A DNA stretch of 64,000 bases from Octopus bimaculoides (GCF_001194135.2 NC_068990.1:81732233-81796232), one strand, 5' to 3'; shown: positions 13,590-26,888, counted from the first letter of the stretch. Numbers and translations: made by a program. The notes: generated by a model not told the origin, from the sequence alone.

Positions 13590-14146
13590 TCATAGATGTA
13601 AATATATCTGTCTATACATATGTAAGAATTTTTATATAGAGAAAAAGATAATTTATATGTGTATTCGTATATATNNNNNNNNNNNNNNNNNNNNNNNNNN
13701 NNNNNNNNNNNNNNNNNNNNNNNNNNNNNNNNNNNNNNNNNNNNNNNNNNNNNNNNNNNNNNNNNNNNNNNNNNNNNNNNNNNNNNNNNNNNNNNNNNNN
13801 NNNNNNNNNNNNNNNNNNNNNNNNNNNNNNNNNNNNNNNNNNNNNNNNNNNNNNNNNNNNNNNNNNNNNNNNNNNNNNNNNNNNNNNNNNNNNNNNNNNN
13901 NNNNNNNNNNNNNNNNNNNNNNNNNNNNNNNNNNNNNNNNNNNNNNNNNNNNNNNNNNNNNNNNNNNNNNNNNNNNNNNNNNNNNNNNNTATATATATAT
14001 ATATATATATATGATATATAGATATGTTTATATATAAATTTTGGGAAATATAAATTTATATATATATAATACAGCATATATAAATATATGTAATATATAC
14101 AGAATATGAAAAAAATATATGTATATACTATGTATTAAATATATTT

Positions 14147-14240
<94 letters not shown>

Positions 14241-14679
14241 GTAGATATATATTTACATCAATATTTCTGTTTATATGGATATATGTGTGTGTGTGTATAT
14301 ATGTGAGTGTATAACTAGGTATAAATATATGAATAACTGCAACATAAACGTAACAATATACAGTATGTGAATACTTACATATGATTATATAATTATATGA
14401 GTACCAATGTAAAATTTTATTGACAGTTATATACATGAGCCTATATCTAAATAATTATGTTTGTAAAACTATATATGATTATATTGATGTATGAAAATTT
14501 ATGAATATGTATGTCATATAAATATATTGCTATACAATATTACACATGTCTGCCTTTACATCTGTAATCATCTTGCTATCTACTTATGGATATGTGTTTT
14601 ATTAAATATATGGATATAGATATGCGTTTTCACGCTGATACAAAAAGAAATATGTACACTTATCCATGTAATTATGTGA

Positions 14680-14760
<81 letters not shown>

Positions 14761-15260
14761 ATTTTTGAATATATAGGCATTATATCCATCAATATACATG
14801 TATCTATATATATATGTATATAGACACACACACATATATGTAGTTATGTGTTTATGTTGTGTATGTATTTATATATATATACATATATATAATATATATA
14901 TACACATATCTGTGTATGTATATATATATATATGGTATATATCAATTTATATATGTATAAATATATACACATATATGCATATACACGTATATACATAGAT
15001 ATATATATATATGCATATNNNNNNNNNNNNNNNNNNNNNNNNNNNNNNNNNNNNNNNNNNNNNNNNNNNNNNNNNNNNNNNNNNNNNNNNNNNNNNNNNN
15101 NNNNNNNNNNNNNNNNNNTATGTATATATATGTATATATATATATGTATATATATATATGTATATATGCTTCTTGTTCATGGACCTGAGTTTGTCTTTTG
15201 TTTTTTCGGTAAATTTCAACTATGTAAATATTTATACATATGTGTTTATATATATAGATA
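13095..15260. repeat. Mosaic microsatellite / low-complexity block ((CA)n, (TG)n, (TA)n, (GA)n) with two gaps
   Basis: Directly visible. Similar blocks occur at ~11770-11843, 18158-18224, 18950-19170, 19316-19382, 23990-24230, 25631-25683, 52676-52728, 55575-55624, 57600-57640 and 60150-60290. Confidence 0.95.
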
Positions 15261-15751
15261 TATATGTATTTTTTTTTGTTTGTTTTTAGCCTTTCAGTCC
15301 TTCATGAAATGGAAAAAATCATGAGTAACAATACACAAATACACACTAACAAACAAACAAATATATTAAAAGAAATTTAAGGTGAACTGTCTTGTGTGTG
15401 TGTGTTTGCATGTAGATTAAGATAAAGATAGTGTGTGGAGTAGAGAGATATAGGTTCTCTTTTTCTCTTCCAGAAAATTTAAAATGAATGATTATATTTT
15501 TGTTTATATTCATATTAACTTATTGTCCTTTTTTATAACAAATGTTAGGCCAGGTCCTCTTTGTTTCTCGGTCCCTGTGAAAGTGAAGGTATTTACCTTA
15601 ACAGAAAGAGGTGTTTAGTACCAAGTCAAATGTTTTCACTTTTTTAAAAACAAAATGTGAAAATGTTTTTTATGGGGAAACAGCGTAAGTGATTTTAGGG
15701 TTTATCAACTTTATTCTCACTATGTTGTGCAATAGAAAAAAATTTTTTTTT

Positions 15752-15958
15752 CCACTCAAGGCACAAGGCCTGAAAATTTGGGGGAGGGGGGGCAGTCGAT
15801 TAGATCGATCTCAGTATGCAACTGGTACTTAATTTATTGACCCTGAAAGGATGAAGGGCAAAGTCGACCTTGGTGGAATTTGGACTCAGAACGTAAAGAC
15901 ACATGAAATGCTGCTAAGCATCTTGCCTGGTGTCTTAGCATTTCTGCCAGCTCACTGT
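15752..15958 (-). mobile_element. Family C tRNA-derived SINE
   Basis: Reverse complement of 57148-57360: head gtgagctggcagaa, B-box-like gagtccaaattcc, body cctttcatcctttcagggtc. Confidence 0.8.
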
Positions 15959-17174
15959 CTTGCGAAAGCAAAGTTTTGTTGGGAAAATATGGTTTCTATA
16001 ATATTTTCTCACCATAAACTATTTTGGTGTTCCTTATGAGGTATCTGTTAGCATAATGCAAGTCTTCTTTGAGCTATATGATTTACTATTTGTAAATCTC
16101 ACGAGAGATATTCAGCAACAGTACTTTGGAGTAAAGATTATTTGCCAGCATAACATGGCAGTCCTGGTTTAGGACGAATGTTGCTGTAATTTAGCCCCAG
16201 GAGACATTGTCTCCAGCTGGCTATATGACCTGATCCGTGTCCTTATATTTTCTAACAAGGGAATCTAGCACCCCCACTCAGCTCAAAACAATATCTGTGT
16301 ATCGCGATACACACACACCCACACAACAAGCTTCTACACTGTTTCCAAGGTATCGAAATTGAACGTTTTAAAGGCAAATTTATTGCTTTATGTACCATTT
16401 GTCTCTTTCAAAATAGTGTTCTCCCTGATTGATACATCCAACATTTTGTTTCCAGATTTGGAATGCATTTTCAAAGGCAGTGCATAGATGTCATTGCTAA
16501 TTTTCTTTGACCTTTTGTCTGAAATCATTGGCCTTTCAGGGTGGATTTCTAACATGGGCACAACAAAAGTCTTCAGAGACCAAATTTGGAGATAAGGAGG
16601 GCAACTAGGAACAAGAGACATCTCATGCACTACCAAACTTATGGCTCAGGAGTGATTCATGAGTACAGTGTCATAGAGCAGCAGCCATGTTTTAGGCTTC
16701 TTACCTTTGTGTTTATTTTCTCAAATGCCTTAGGACATCCATGTAAAACTCTTTATTAATTCTGATTATGTGGAACAAACACATGATGAATGACACCCGT
16801 CCATAAAAAAAAAAACAACAACACAAAAAGCAAACAAACAAAAAACAAAGACACCTATCACATCCCTTTCATCTGAGTGACTCTGTTCTTTGTTTTTTTT
16901 GTGGCTGCAACAACGATCCAACATCCAGTGGTGACTGCTTTTTTGTTTCGACATTGTGACCATCATAAAACCTGTACACCCATGTTTCTTCCTTTGTCAT
17001 GTTTTCCATAAAGTTTTAATCGGCAGTTTAACCAGTCAAACTGCTTGGTAGAGTGGAAGATTAAGTAGCTTATAGTATTAACTTATTCTCTCCCTTTATG
17101 GTCTGGGTCATGACTTTTCTTCTTCTTGGCAGTTGATAGAATAAAAGCCAGCCAACTGCTGAGCTGAGCGTGAA

Positions 17175-17318
17175 TTCCATCACCATCCTTTTTACCATTT
17201 CCATCACCATCCTTTTTACCATTTCCATCACCATCCTTTTTACCATTTCCATCACCATCCTTTTTACCATTTCCATCACCATCCTTTTTACCATTTCCAT
17301 CACCATCCTTTTTACCAT
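17175..17318. repeat. Perfect 24-bp minisatellite, 6 copies (ttccatcaccatcctttttaccat)
   Basis: Six identical units counted directly; they explain the (MVKRMVME)6 ORF. Confidence 0.95.
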
Positions 17319-17504
17319 TTCATTACTGTATTTATTTTGAGATGCTCAGTGTTTCTTTCAACTACGTTAAATATAACAAAGAATTTAGTTAGGAGCATAA
17401 ATTGTGACTACAGTTTGGTGGAAGATTTTAATTCAAAACTTATGAAAACAAGGCATTTGTACTCAGAGCCAGAACCAGTTTCAGCAGAGTTGCCAATGAA
17501 AGGG
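17315..17504. mobile_element. piggyBac-like (TTAA) MITE
   Basis: The right end aatgaaaggg|ttaa (17505-17508) pairs with the decayed left end ttta|ccatttcatt (17311-17324). Confidence 0.55.
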
Positions 17505-17750
17505 TTAAGTTTAGTTAGAAATCATTATTAGTCTGTTTCTCAATTTCTCTCCCTCTCATATACACTACATACCATGGAAGCAACAAAAGCAAAGTGAAAT
17601 TATTTGGGGTATCGTCAAAATACAGATATCTAATGGTTGTCAAATTTGGTACCTGTTGGACTATGTGAACTGACATAAATACTTAAACACANNNNNNNNN
17701 NGTACCTGTTGGACTATGTGAACTGACATAAATACTTAAACACACACATG

Positions 17751-17781
<31 letters not shown>

Positions 17782-18155
17782 CCACACACAGTGTGACAGC
17801 TTGATATACAAAGCATACGTGCACATACAGACATACGCAAACATACAGTATATATTATATGGACAATTGCTCATTATTCTACAGTGTCCACTGAAAACAA
17901 GATCTGGTAGTTATTACTGGTTAACTGGTTGAACTGTCACATACACACACGCATACACATTTACTTGCTGTCTCTTTCTCACACACACACAAATACACAC
18001 CATTTCCATCACCATTTCCAGAACAGTCTATTGATGTCTCCTGAACAGAAAGTCTCCAGGCCAGCAATCTTCTGTTCAATTATCTCTGACATGATGGCAA
18101 TAGACATATGGAAATGTTAGATCATGCTGTCAACCAGAATGTATTTTTTTTTACA

Positions 18156-18228
<73 letters not shown>

Positions 18229-18529
18229 TGTGTGTACATTTGTATGTGTTTGTGAATGCTTTTATGTCCTAGATAAGCTGTCATAGCAATAAAATAGGCT
18301 AGATGAGGCGGGCAGAAGGGTAAAGTGCCAGAATATAGTATTTCATTACAACATTTGGTATTAGTTCTGTAAGCCAGAAATCAAATTCTATCATTAATTC
18401 CTTCAAAGTTGATGAAAGAAATAGTTGGAATTTACTGAAGTTGATTTGGTTGATTTGGTAGAGATTTATAGTCTTCAGTGGACCAAAGTGTGAAGCCACC
18501 ACCACCACCATCAGCATCACCATCATTAC

Positions 18530-18765
18530 GATGAGGGCTGCTAGAATTTACATGTTGGATGAAATGCTTAGTGGCGTATCTTCTAGTTCTTTACATTCTG
18601 AGTTCGAATACTATTGAGGTTGGCTTTGCCTTTCATCCTTTTGGGGTTAATAAAATAAAGTGCCAATCAATTACTGGGGTTGATGTAATCAAATAACCCC
18701 CCCCCCCCCTAAAATCGCTGACCTTGAGCCAAAATCTAAAACATTTCTTACTATGAGGGTGTTGA
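18530..18765 (+). mobile_element. Family C SINE, diverged
   Basis: gaaatgcttagtgg...ttacattctgagttcgaatac...tttgcctttcatccttttgggg...tactggggttgatgtaatc. Confidence 0.7.
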
Positions 18766-18961
18766 GTGGCAAAATCAAAGTATCAGACAAAATTCTTTGC
18801 AATTATGTTCCAATATATTCTGAGTTTGTTTGCCATCAGTGTCTGTTTTGCTGTTTATTATTCTGGATGTATGTACCAGTAATGTATGAAGACAAACTAT
18901 CTTGCAGTGGTGGAATTGCAGAAACAGGAAAATACTAAGATAATTTATACATATAATTGTG

Positions 18962-18992
<31 letters not shown>

Positions 18993-19018
18993 TTGCATAT
19001 AATTACCTATGTATGTAT

Positions 19019-19050
<32 letters not shown>

Positions 19051-19067
19051 GTATACACACACACACA

Positions 19068-19108
<41 letters not shown>

Positions 19109-19313
19109 GTATATTCATATATATGTATATATACATGTATCTATATACATATGTATGTATATATGTATAAATATATCTTTATGCATCCACATGTGTTAAC
19201 TGTTATTTCCAATACTTTTCTCATTGGATTACGTGTTTGTTCCACTTTTTGTCATCTGCAATTTTATCCTTGATCATGTATATACATGATCAAGATTTCT
19301 CCTCCTTCGTATA

Positions 19314-19384
<71 letters not shown>

Positions 19385-19751
19385 CTTTCTAGATTATGCA
19401 GGTCTTTACTGCTAGTAGTTCAGATACCAATTTTCTGCACAAGCCTGCAATCCATGCCCGCATGGAACATGGACATTAAATGAAATGCAAAAAGAAAGTT
19501 TTCAACTCATGTATGTATATAAAGGATATACACTTTTATCTACCTTATTTCGTAACCAAAAAACAGGTGTAGATTATAAAGAGTGAAAGGCCGTGTGTAG
19601 TATACATGCACACACAAACAGACAGTGAATATATCATGTTATTATTTCACTTTTATACTCACAGATGTACATTTACACATGTTAATAGAAAATTATAAGT
19701 GTAATTGTTATACTTTAACGTTCAATGGTTTTACACTTATGTAAGCAAAAT

Positions 19752-20097
19752 CGTGATGGCACCAGTGCCCAGCGTCACATTCCTGGCACGTGTAAAGACA
19801 TTTGAGCGAGATTGTTGCCAGTGCCGCTGGACTGGCTCCTGTGCAGGTGGCACGTAAAATACACCATTTTGACCGTGGCCGTTGCCAGTACCACCTGACT
19901 GGCCTTCGTGCCGGTGGCACGTAAAAGCACCCACTACACTCTCTGAGTGGTTGGCGTTAGGAAGGGCATCCAGCTGTAGAAACTCTGCCAAATCAGATTG
20001 GAGCCTGGTGTAGCCATCTGGTTTCACCAGTCTTCAGTCAAATCGTCCAACCCATGCTAGCATGGAAAGCGGACGTTAAACGATGATGATGATGATG
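19752..20097 (+). mobile_element. Family A retroposon, longest copy, directly downstream of the Helitron helicase end
   Basis: Same sequence as the other family A copies, with an extra 5' hairpin repeat unit and a (GAT)5 tail. Confidence 0.88.
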
Positions 20098-20114
20098 TAC
20101 ATGACATGGACGTA

Positions 20115-21635
20115 CTATTCATGTAAGTGCTTCTTTATATGTTCTGTTCTCAGTCTTGCCATATTTATCACTGAGAATGTCGAGGTTCTTTTCATCTCCA
20201 ACTCTAGAACATCCAACATGCAGCTGACCATGTGAGAAGCAAGGATGAAGGAAAATAAATCCCACCAACTTTGGATGTTGACCTTGTGCTTTGTTGATAG
20301 ACATTGCAAAGCTAAGTTTGACAGAAAACTGTTGTCAGTTGAACTGAAAGAGGTGATCAGTTGAGATGAGAGGTATCCTTGGAATGAATACATTCTCACC
20401 CATCGTGTTGCCTGTAATTATTGTTGCTTCCAACACATGGGGCATGGCTGTTTTAACAACCAACCTCATTCCATTGCAGAGTCTGGGTGCATCAAGGTTT
20501 CTTAATAGCATTATGGGAGCATCTGTTTTCATGATCAGAATATGTGGTGAAAATCCTGGTGGGTGAAGTGAATTGAGGAACTCTACTGGGGAACACGTTG
20601 CCTGTTCTTGATCAGGGACAAGGTCAATTGATCTGTATGAACATTCAGGTCCTGGGAGCTGAGACAACAAATTTAGATTGAGCTGGTCTACAGCATCATT
20701 CCTTGGTGCCAGAATTGTTCGTTTGCATAGCCACTTGTGACTTTTATAGTTTGTGGCAATGTTTGGAAATACCTTGCTCTTCAGGTCTTCAACAGAGGCA
20801 GTCATATTGCCACATGGGAGGTGGTGCAGACTATCTTCTGGATCTTGTGGAAGTTTTCCATTTCCAATGTCAAGTAACTTGTTGGAGAACTGTGCGGCTA
20901 ATGGGTCACCATGAATGTGAACCCTCATGTTGGTTGTCTGAGTAAGCTGCTTGACATGTTGCCAGATATATGATGACTTGATGCAAGTTCGCAGCTCATC
21001 TGCCCTTGTTCCTATGATCTTATTGTTTCTGAAGTCTTGTAGTGTTGTATCAAGCACTTCAAAGGCTACCTTATGAGACCAGACAATGAGTTTAGTATCT
21101 GTAAGGAGCTTTGCTAACGCTGTATTCTTGGATATGTTGCAGAAAGGAGATTCATTTTGGATGGGGTTCAGAGGCAGCTTGAATGTTGAATGGGCTGTTC
21201 TTCCACCTGTTAGGAGTGTGGCTGCAATTCCAGTGGATGCAACAGCCAGAGCAATTTTCTTCTTCTATCTCACCTTGGCAAAAAAGCAGGTTGATCAATA
21301 ATGTCTTTCCTGTGCCTCCAGGAGCATCGAAGAAGACCCCACCAGTGTTACTGTCCACAGATGTAAGAACTTGGCAGTATACCTCCTTTTGATCCTGTAC
21401 CAGAATTGGTTCGCTTTCATTGACAACTGCTTGCAAACTTTCCATGCTGTATGATGTTTCCCTGATTAGCTCTTGTGCTGATCTGTGTTTAATGTCTCTG
21501 ACAGGAACTGGAAGACCATAGATTTCAAGTTTGTTTCCACCCAGTGATTGAACCTTGTTGTCTATTAATCTTAATGCCTCATTGAAGAATTCATCATTGA
21601 ACATGACATCAGCCAAGTTATTTTCTTCAAGGAAT
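20115..21635 (-). mobile_element. Helitron RepHel fragment (PIF1-family helicase half), pseudogenised
   Basis: Three ORFs in order: FFDAPGGTGKT (Walker A), ASTGIAATLLTGGRTAHSTFKLP, ILAPRNDAV, IMLLRNLDAPRLCNGMRL, VFIPRIPL, FAMSINKAQGQ, FSHGQLHVGCSRV. There is a frameshift near 21275, in-frame stops near 21265 and 20335, and internal deletions. The 5' end is truncated at (TA)n 21636-21662. Confidence 0.92.
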
Positions 21636-21689
21636 CTATATATATATATATATATATATATACTCGGTTTCTTTTTTTTGTTTTCTGAA

Positions 21690-23340
21690 TGATCTCAGAA
21701 CCAAACATGTTAGTCACCTGTACATTGGTGCTGCCTTACCAACATATACTTGGTATGATGCATTGCCCCTCATGATTTCCCAGGTCACGCACTGATTCTA
21801 CTTTAGGATTGCAATATCTGTAGGTCCTGTGTATTGTGTTTGCATTCTGCTTGTGGATGGATATTGGAGTGCTTGAAATTGATCAGCATTGAACTTCATT
21901 TGCTGTACTTCAATCCACTTTTATATTGCATTCAAATCATTCTGTAGTTTTGAGTTATCTTTCGAGTCCTTTATTACTTGTGGTACCTTTGAATCACTAG
22001 TGAGAGTGGCTGACTGTATGATTAACAGCATGTCTTAGAGAGCCACCACAAATAGTGGTCCCAATTCAGTTCCCTGTGGTACTCTTCTTTGTATAGATAC
22101 TTCTACAGTGAGACCAACATTAATTGCAGTTACCTGATCCCTAAAGTCATGGAGCCATTCCTTAGTTTACCAGCTATACCAAGTTCACGTATTTTGTGAC
22201 ATATCCCAGGATTAACTTTGTCAAAAGCCTTAACAAAGTTGAGATATATCAGGTCCATATTTGAGAGGTTGAACTGTTATTTCAGTATCTAGCCATAATG
22301 CTGAAGTAGCTGTGTTATGCAACTCCTTTCTGGACAGGATGCATGCTGCCTGACAGTGAGCAAGTCATTTTCATCTAAGAATGTCATCAACTTTCTTCTG
22401 GCAATGTATTCCATGGTTTTGCTGACTTGTGTGGTCATGATGATAAGCCTGTAATATTTAGCACTTGTGATTTCTCCTTTGTGGACAGAGCATATAATAC
22501 ATTCTTTTAGCATGTTGGAAAGTTTGCCACTTGCCAGGGAGCTCTGGAAAGGTATCTGCTGTGGTTTGGTAAGAGCTGTTTTGTATGTCTTTAAAATAAT
22601 TACTGGAAAACCATCAAGGCCTGCCACTGCGTTTGAGTTGATCTCGTCTGTGGCCAATATTAAATCCTCTTTTTTATGTTTATGTAATCAATGGTTTTCT
22701 CTTCCTTCTGTGGGTTTGCAATGTGGAAAAACTTATCAGGTTTGCTTATTTGCATATTTTCCAGTAGAGAAGTGAAAACATTTTGGAATTGTCTTTTGTT
22801 TCACTTACACTTTTGGTTCTTCAATAGTGAGCCACTTTCTTCAAACCCTGACCCTCTCTTGTTGTGCATTGAGGCAGCCTCTTTTGCAAATTTGTAGAAG
22901 GGCTTAGGGTTCATTTTTATATTTTCATCTTTCCCTTCTTTTTCAAAGGAGAGTCTGAGTGTATTTTTCAATCTCCAAAAATACCCTTTTGAGGTGAGAC
23001 TACTTGCTATCATTAAATTCTTTATTTAAGTTGGGAACTTTATTGTTTGTTTCATTAGGAATTTCCTTTCTTGGGGAATAATGTCTTTGTGCATATTGGC
23101 TTTTCTCTCAGATATGGCCTGAGAGCACCATTAGCAACACTTTTACATTGTTGACAAACGCCACATATTGGTGAAACAAATGTGTAATATATTGTTCCTG
23201 TTCAGGAATAAGACTGTGTTCCATAAACATCTTCTTCATGAGATAAAGTAGGGAGTTGCTCGGATTCTGTTCTTTTTTGTGTCACTCTTGAGATATCTGC
23301 TGTTGAAGTTACCCATTAGAATTACATTGGTCAGTGTCTA
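21690..23340 (-). mobile_element. CR1-group LINE ORF2 fragment (endonuclease C-terminus plus RT), degraded
   Basis: Minus-strand translation shows VILMGNFN (APE motif, ~23310), NAVAGLDG, VHKG, YYRLIIMT, QHAS..RSCITQLL, YLNFVKAFDKV, VPQGTELGPLF and MKFNADQFQA. The YADD region is eroded. Confidence 0.85.
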
Positions 23341-25141
23341 ATTTTTTTAAACTAAACTATGGATGATCGAAATAAAAATATATTTCTGTGTGATTTATTG
23401 ATAGTTATGTATTATATGAATATATCACTTTGATTTCAGATTATTCTGATCTGCTAGCAAATCATAAAGATTTCTTCAGATGTAGTAGATTCACTGAAAT
23501 ACAACCATGACACATACTGAACATGTATATATACATAAAAATGAATAAATTAATGTTTGTTTTTATGTTCAGTTATAATAAAGACAATTTTACCCTAATC
23601 GGATGGGTTACTCTATACTCTTGTAGAGTACAAATTTATTATTCTGAAACAAAAATATTATCGACAGTGACTTTGAAGTTTCAGCCAGCTAAGCCATCAT
23701 AGGACTAAAGCTGCTGGCACATCCTTGACCTACCTACATCCCTTTTGTGAACCATTAAGAAATGCCATAACCTGAAGGGGACACCCCTCCAAAACACCTC
23801 CCTATCACAACCCATCTTATAACATAATTGCCACTCCACTCAAACCTACTTGCTCAAGGAAGATTTTAACTTGACAGATATTATATAAAGTCAAGATTAA
23901 CTCCAATGCATCACAGTCCATTGATGGGTTGACTGGCTGAGATGTCAAAATCAATGTCAATAAAATTCTTGTTTAAGAATAATAAGCACACACACACACA
24001 CACACATATATATATACACACACACTCAGCTGTGTGTGTATGTTTATATATACATATGTATATGTGCGCATATATGTATACAGATGTGTATATGTTTATA
24101 TATGTATGTAAACTCTGTATATGTAGTTACACATAAACGCACACACACATGCACACACACATATATAAATGCTTTTTGTATATACATATAGATATACATG
24201 TGTATATCTATCTATCAATCTATCTATATGTATGTTATACTTAAAACTCTAGTACAACTATTTTTTTTTTCTATTAAATATCTGTCTTATGCATAGAGCC
24301 ATGGTAATAAAACTTGTGCTTCTGATGCCTGTTGGACCAGAAACTCTTGTCCATAACTGTTTCCTTATCTGGAGACATTTTTTTTTTTTTTCTGCTTAAT
24401 GGAATGTCAGTTTGAAAGAATTCTTGATTTTGTGATTATGTCCCCTCCTGATCTGCTATTGGCTGCAATTGCCAACATCCCTTCTCATACTTTTGTCCTG
24501 AAGAGAGGATAATTCGAATATATCAAAAACTTTTGTTATATTTTATTTAAAATACATTTATCTTTATTGTCTATATTCATACCACTGCCATTTATTTCTC
24601 TTAGTTAATTTTCTTTGTATGATGTGGTATTCATATATATTTGTGGATGCGTGTGAGTNNNNNNNNNNNNNNNNNNNNNNNNNNNNNNNNNNNNNNNNNN
24701 NNNNNNNNNNNNNNNNNNNNNNNNNNNNNNNNNNNNNNNNNNNNNNNNNNNNNNNNNNNNNNNNNNNNNNNNNNNNNNNNNNNNNNNNNNNNNNNNNNNN
24801 NNNNNNNNNNNNNNNNNNTTTTCTCTCTCTGTCCAATGAAAAAAGAAAATGTATTTCTTAACAAATCCAACATAGAGAGATTCCATTTAACAAATTCCCA
24901 TTACAAATGTCATTAATATAGTGCAAAACGAACATGATTATATTTCTTTGAAATTATAAGATAAAACATCATTATCAAGGTTTTTTTTTTCTTCTATTCA
25001 TTATAATTAAAATGAGTTGATTGTATTACTCCTGCTGCTACCCTCACAGAACACACTTCCATTTATTTATTGTGGGTTTTTATGTTCACTTGAGCTTGAT
25101 CTCTATTATTGTCTTATTCTCCTGTGCTACCAGAAAACGTC

Positions 25142-25183
<42 letters not shown>

Positions 25184-25629
25184 GGATCTGATAATATTTG
25201 TCAAGATTCCTTCAGAATTTCCAGTTTTGTATATGGTGTGCAGTTTTCAAAATCTTTAAAGAAAATTACCTTCGTAGTTGCCAATGATTTGAAGCTGCCT
25301 TCTTCCATGAGATTATTTTGTTTCATTTCACTAATTTCATTTTGAATAGCTAATGCTATCATATGACATTGTAGTATGGCAAAAGTGCATTGGTGTCAAG
25401 TGTTCAGCTTGTTCATCCAATTTGGGAAAGAAACATTATAATTAAAAAGACTGAAGGTTAAATTTTTTGACAAGGATATTATTACTTAGTATTTTTATTT
25501 TTTTTATTAGTATTTGGTAGAAGTAACAGAGTAACTCAAGGGCCAAGAATTTCATGAGTTATCACTTACCAAACTGATGCCCAAAATTCTTGGCCTTGAG
25601 TCATTATTTTAATTCTGTCAAGTATTAAT

Positions 25630-25686
<57 letters not shown>

Positions 25687-26660
25687 TTTTGAGTTCTACT
25701 TTTCCTGTTTGCATTGCCAAACTAGTAGTTAGTATTTTTAGGGATTTGTTGTACCACATTGTTTACTAATGCTTTATATTCATTATCCATGATGGATTAT
25801 AATGGTCATTATTGCCCAGATGGTGAACCCTGTTAAAATGTGATCAGGTTAATTAGCATTTTAAAAACAAATAATGTTAGAAGCTTGATTAGGTTACAGT
25901 TATAACTAACAGTACTGTGTGTGTGTTTATCTACAGACAACTAAACGTTATTTCTAAATATTTGAGAATTCCATAATTGTCTATATAGTAAGTAACAATA
26001 CACGACAGTTAGAATATTGATTATCCAAAATAGTCATTAGCTTAATTAAGTTTTGTTTTCCCAAGTGTCTTAATCACATTTTTGCCTGATCTTTTAGGCC
26101 ATCAACTGTTATTTTGCCAACATCTTTCCCAAATTGCGAATTTTTGTTTTTGTATTTTTTTTTATTTCNNNNNNNNNNNNNNNNNNNNNNNNNNNNNNNN
26201 NNNNNNNNNNNNNNNNNNNNNNNNNNNNNNNNNNNNNNNNNNNNNNNNNNNNNNNNNNNNNNNNNNNNNNNNNNNNNNNNNNNNNNNNNNNNNNNNNNNN
26301 NNNNNNNNNNNNNNNNNNNNNNNNNNNNNNNNNNNNNNNNNNNNNNNNNNNNNNNNNNNNNNNNNNNNNNNNNNNNNNNNNNNNNNNNNNNNNNNNNNNN
26401 NNNNNNNNNNNNNNNNNNNNNNNNNNNNNNNNNNNNNNNNNNNNNNNNNNNNNNNNNNNNNNNNNNNNNNNNNNNNNNNNNNNNNNNNNNNNNNNNNNNN
26501 NNNNNNNNNNNNNNNNNNNNNNNNNNNNNNNNNNNNNNNNNNNNNNNNNNNNNNNNNNNNNNNNNNNNNNNNNNNNNNNNNNNNNNNNNNNNNNNNNNNN
26601 NNNNNNNNNNNNNNNNNNNNNNNNNNNNNNNNNNNNNNNNNNNNNNNNNNNNNNNNNNNN

Positions 26661-26888
26661 CACCACAACTTTCTCTCACTCTTACTTCCTGTTTCTGTTG
26701 TACCTGTAATTCAAAGGGTCAGCCTTGTCACACTGTGTCATGCTGAATATCCCCCGAGAACTAAGTTAAGGGTACACGTGTCTGTGGAGTGCTCAGCCAC
26801 TTGCACGTTAAATTCACGAGCAGGCTGTTCCGTTGATCGGATCAACTGGAACCCTCAACGTCATAAGCGACGGAGTGCCAACAACACA
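26661..26888 (+). mobile_element. Family D SINE 3' part (head lost in the N gap)
   Basis: Reverse complement of ~63230-63455 at high identity. Confidence 0.85.

Noticed and set aside
11633-15324. Long ORFs rich in YI/HT/CV repeats and X runs (also 24.5-26.9 kb and 57.8-58.3 kb)
   Set aside because: Translations of dinucleotide microsatellites and N gaps; no coding evidence.
17175-17318. CRISPR-like regular repeats
   Set aside because: Head-to-tail tandem units with no spacers, in eukaryotic DNA with no cas genes.
17070-17531. (MVKRMVME)6 or His-rich (FHHHPFYH)6 repetitive protein
   Set aside because: A perfect DNA minisatellite with no synonymous variation. The + frame has a stop at 17160, no ATG and no convincing acceptor, and the downstream part is MITE sequence.
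17649-17744. 43-bp direct repeat either side of a 10-N gap
   Set aside because: Typical unmerged contig overlap, so most likely an assembly artefact.
20119-21616. Host PIF1 helicase gene
   Set aside because: Intronless, with a frameshift, stops and missing catalytic motifs, and with Helitron-type sequence motifs; it is a TE remnant.
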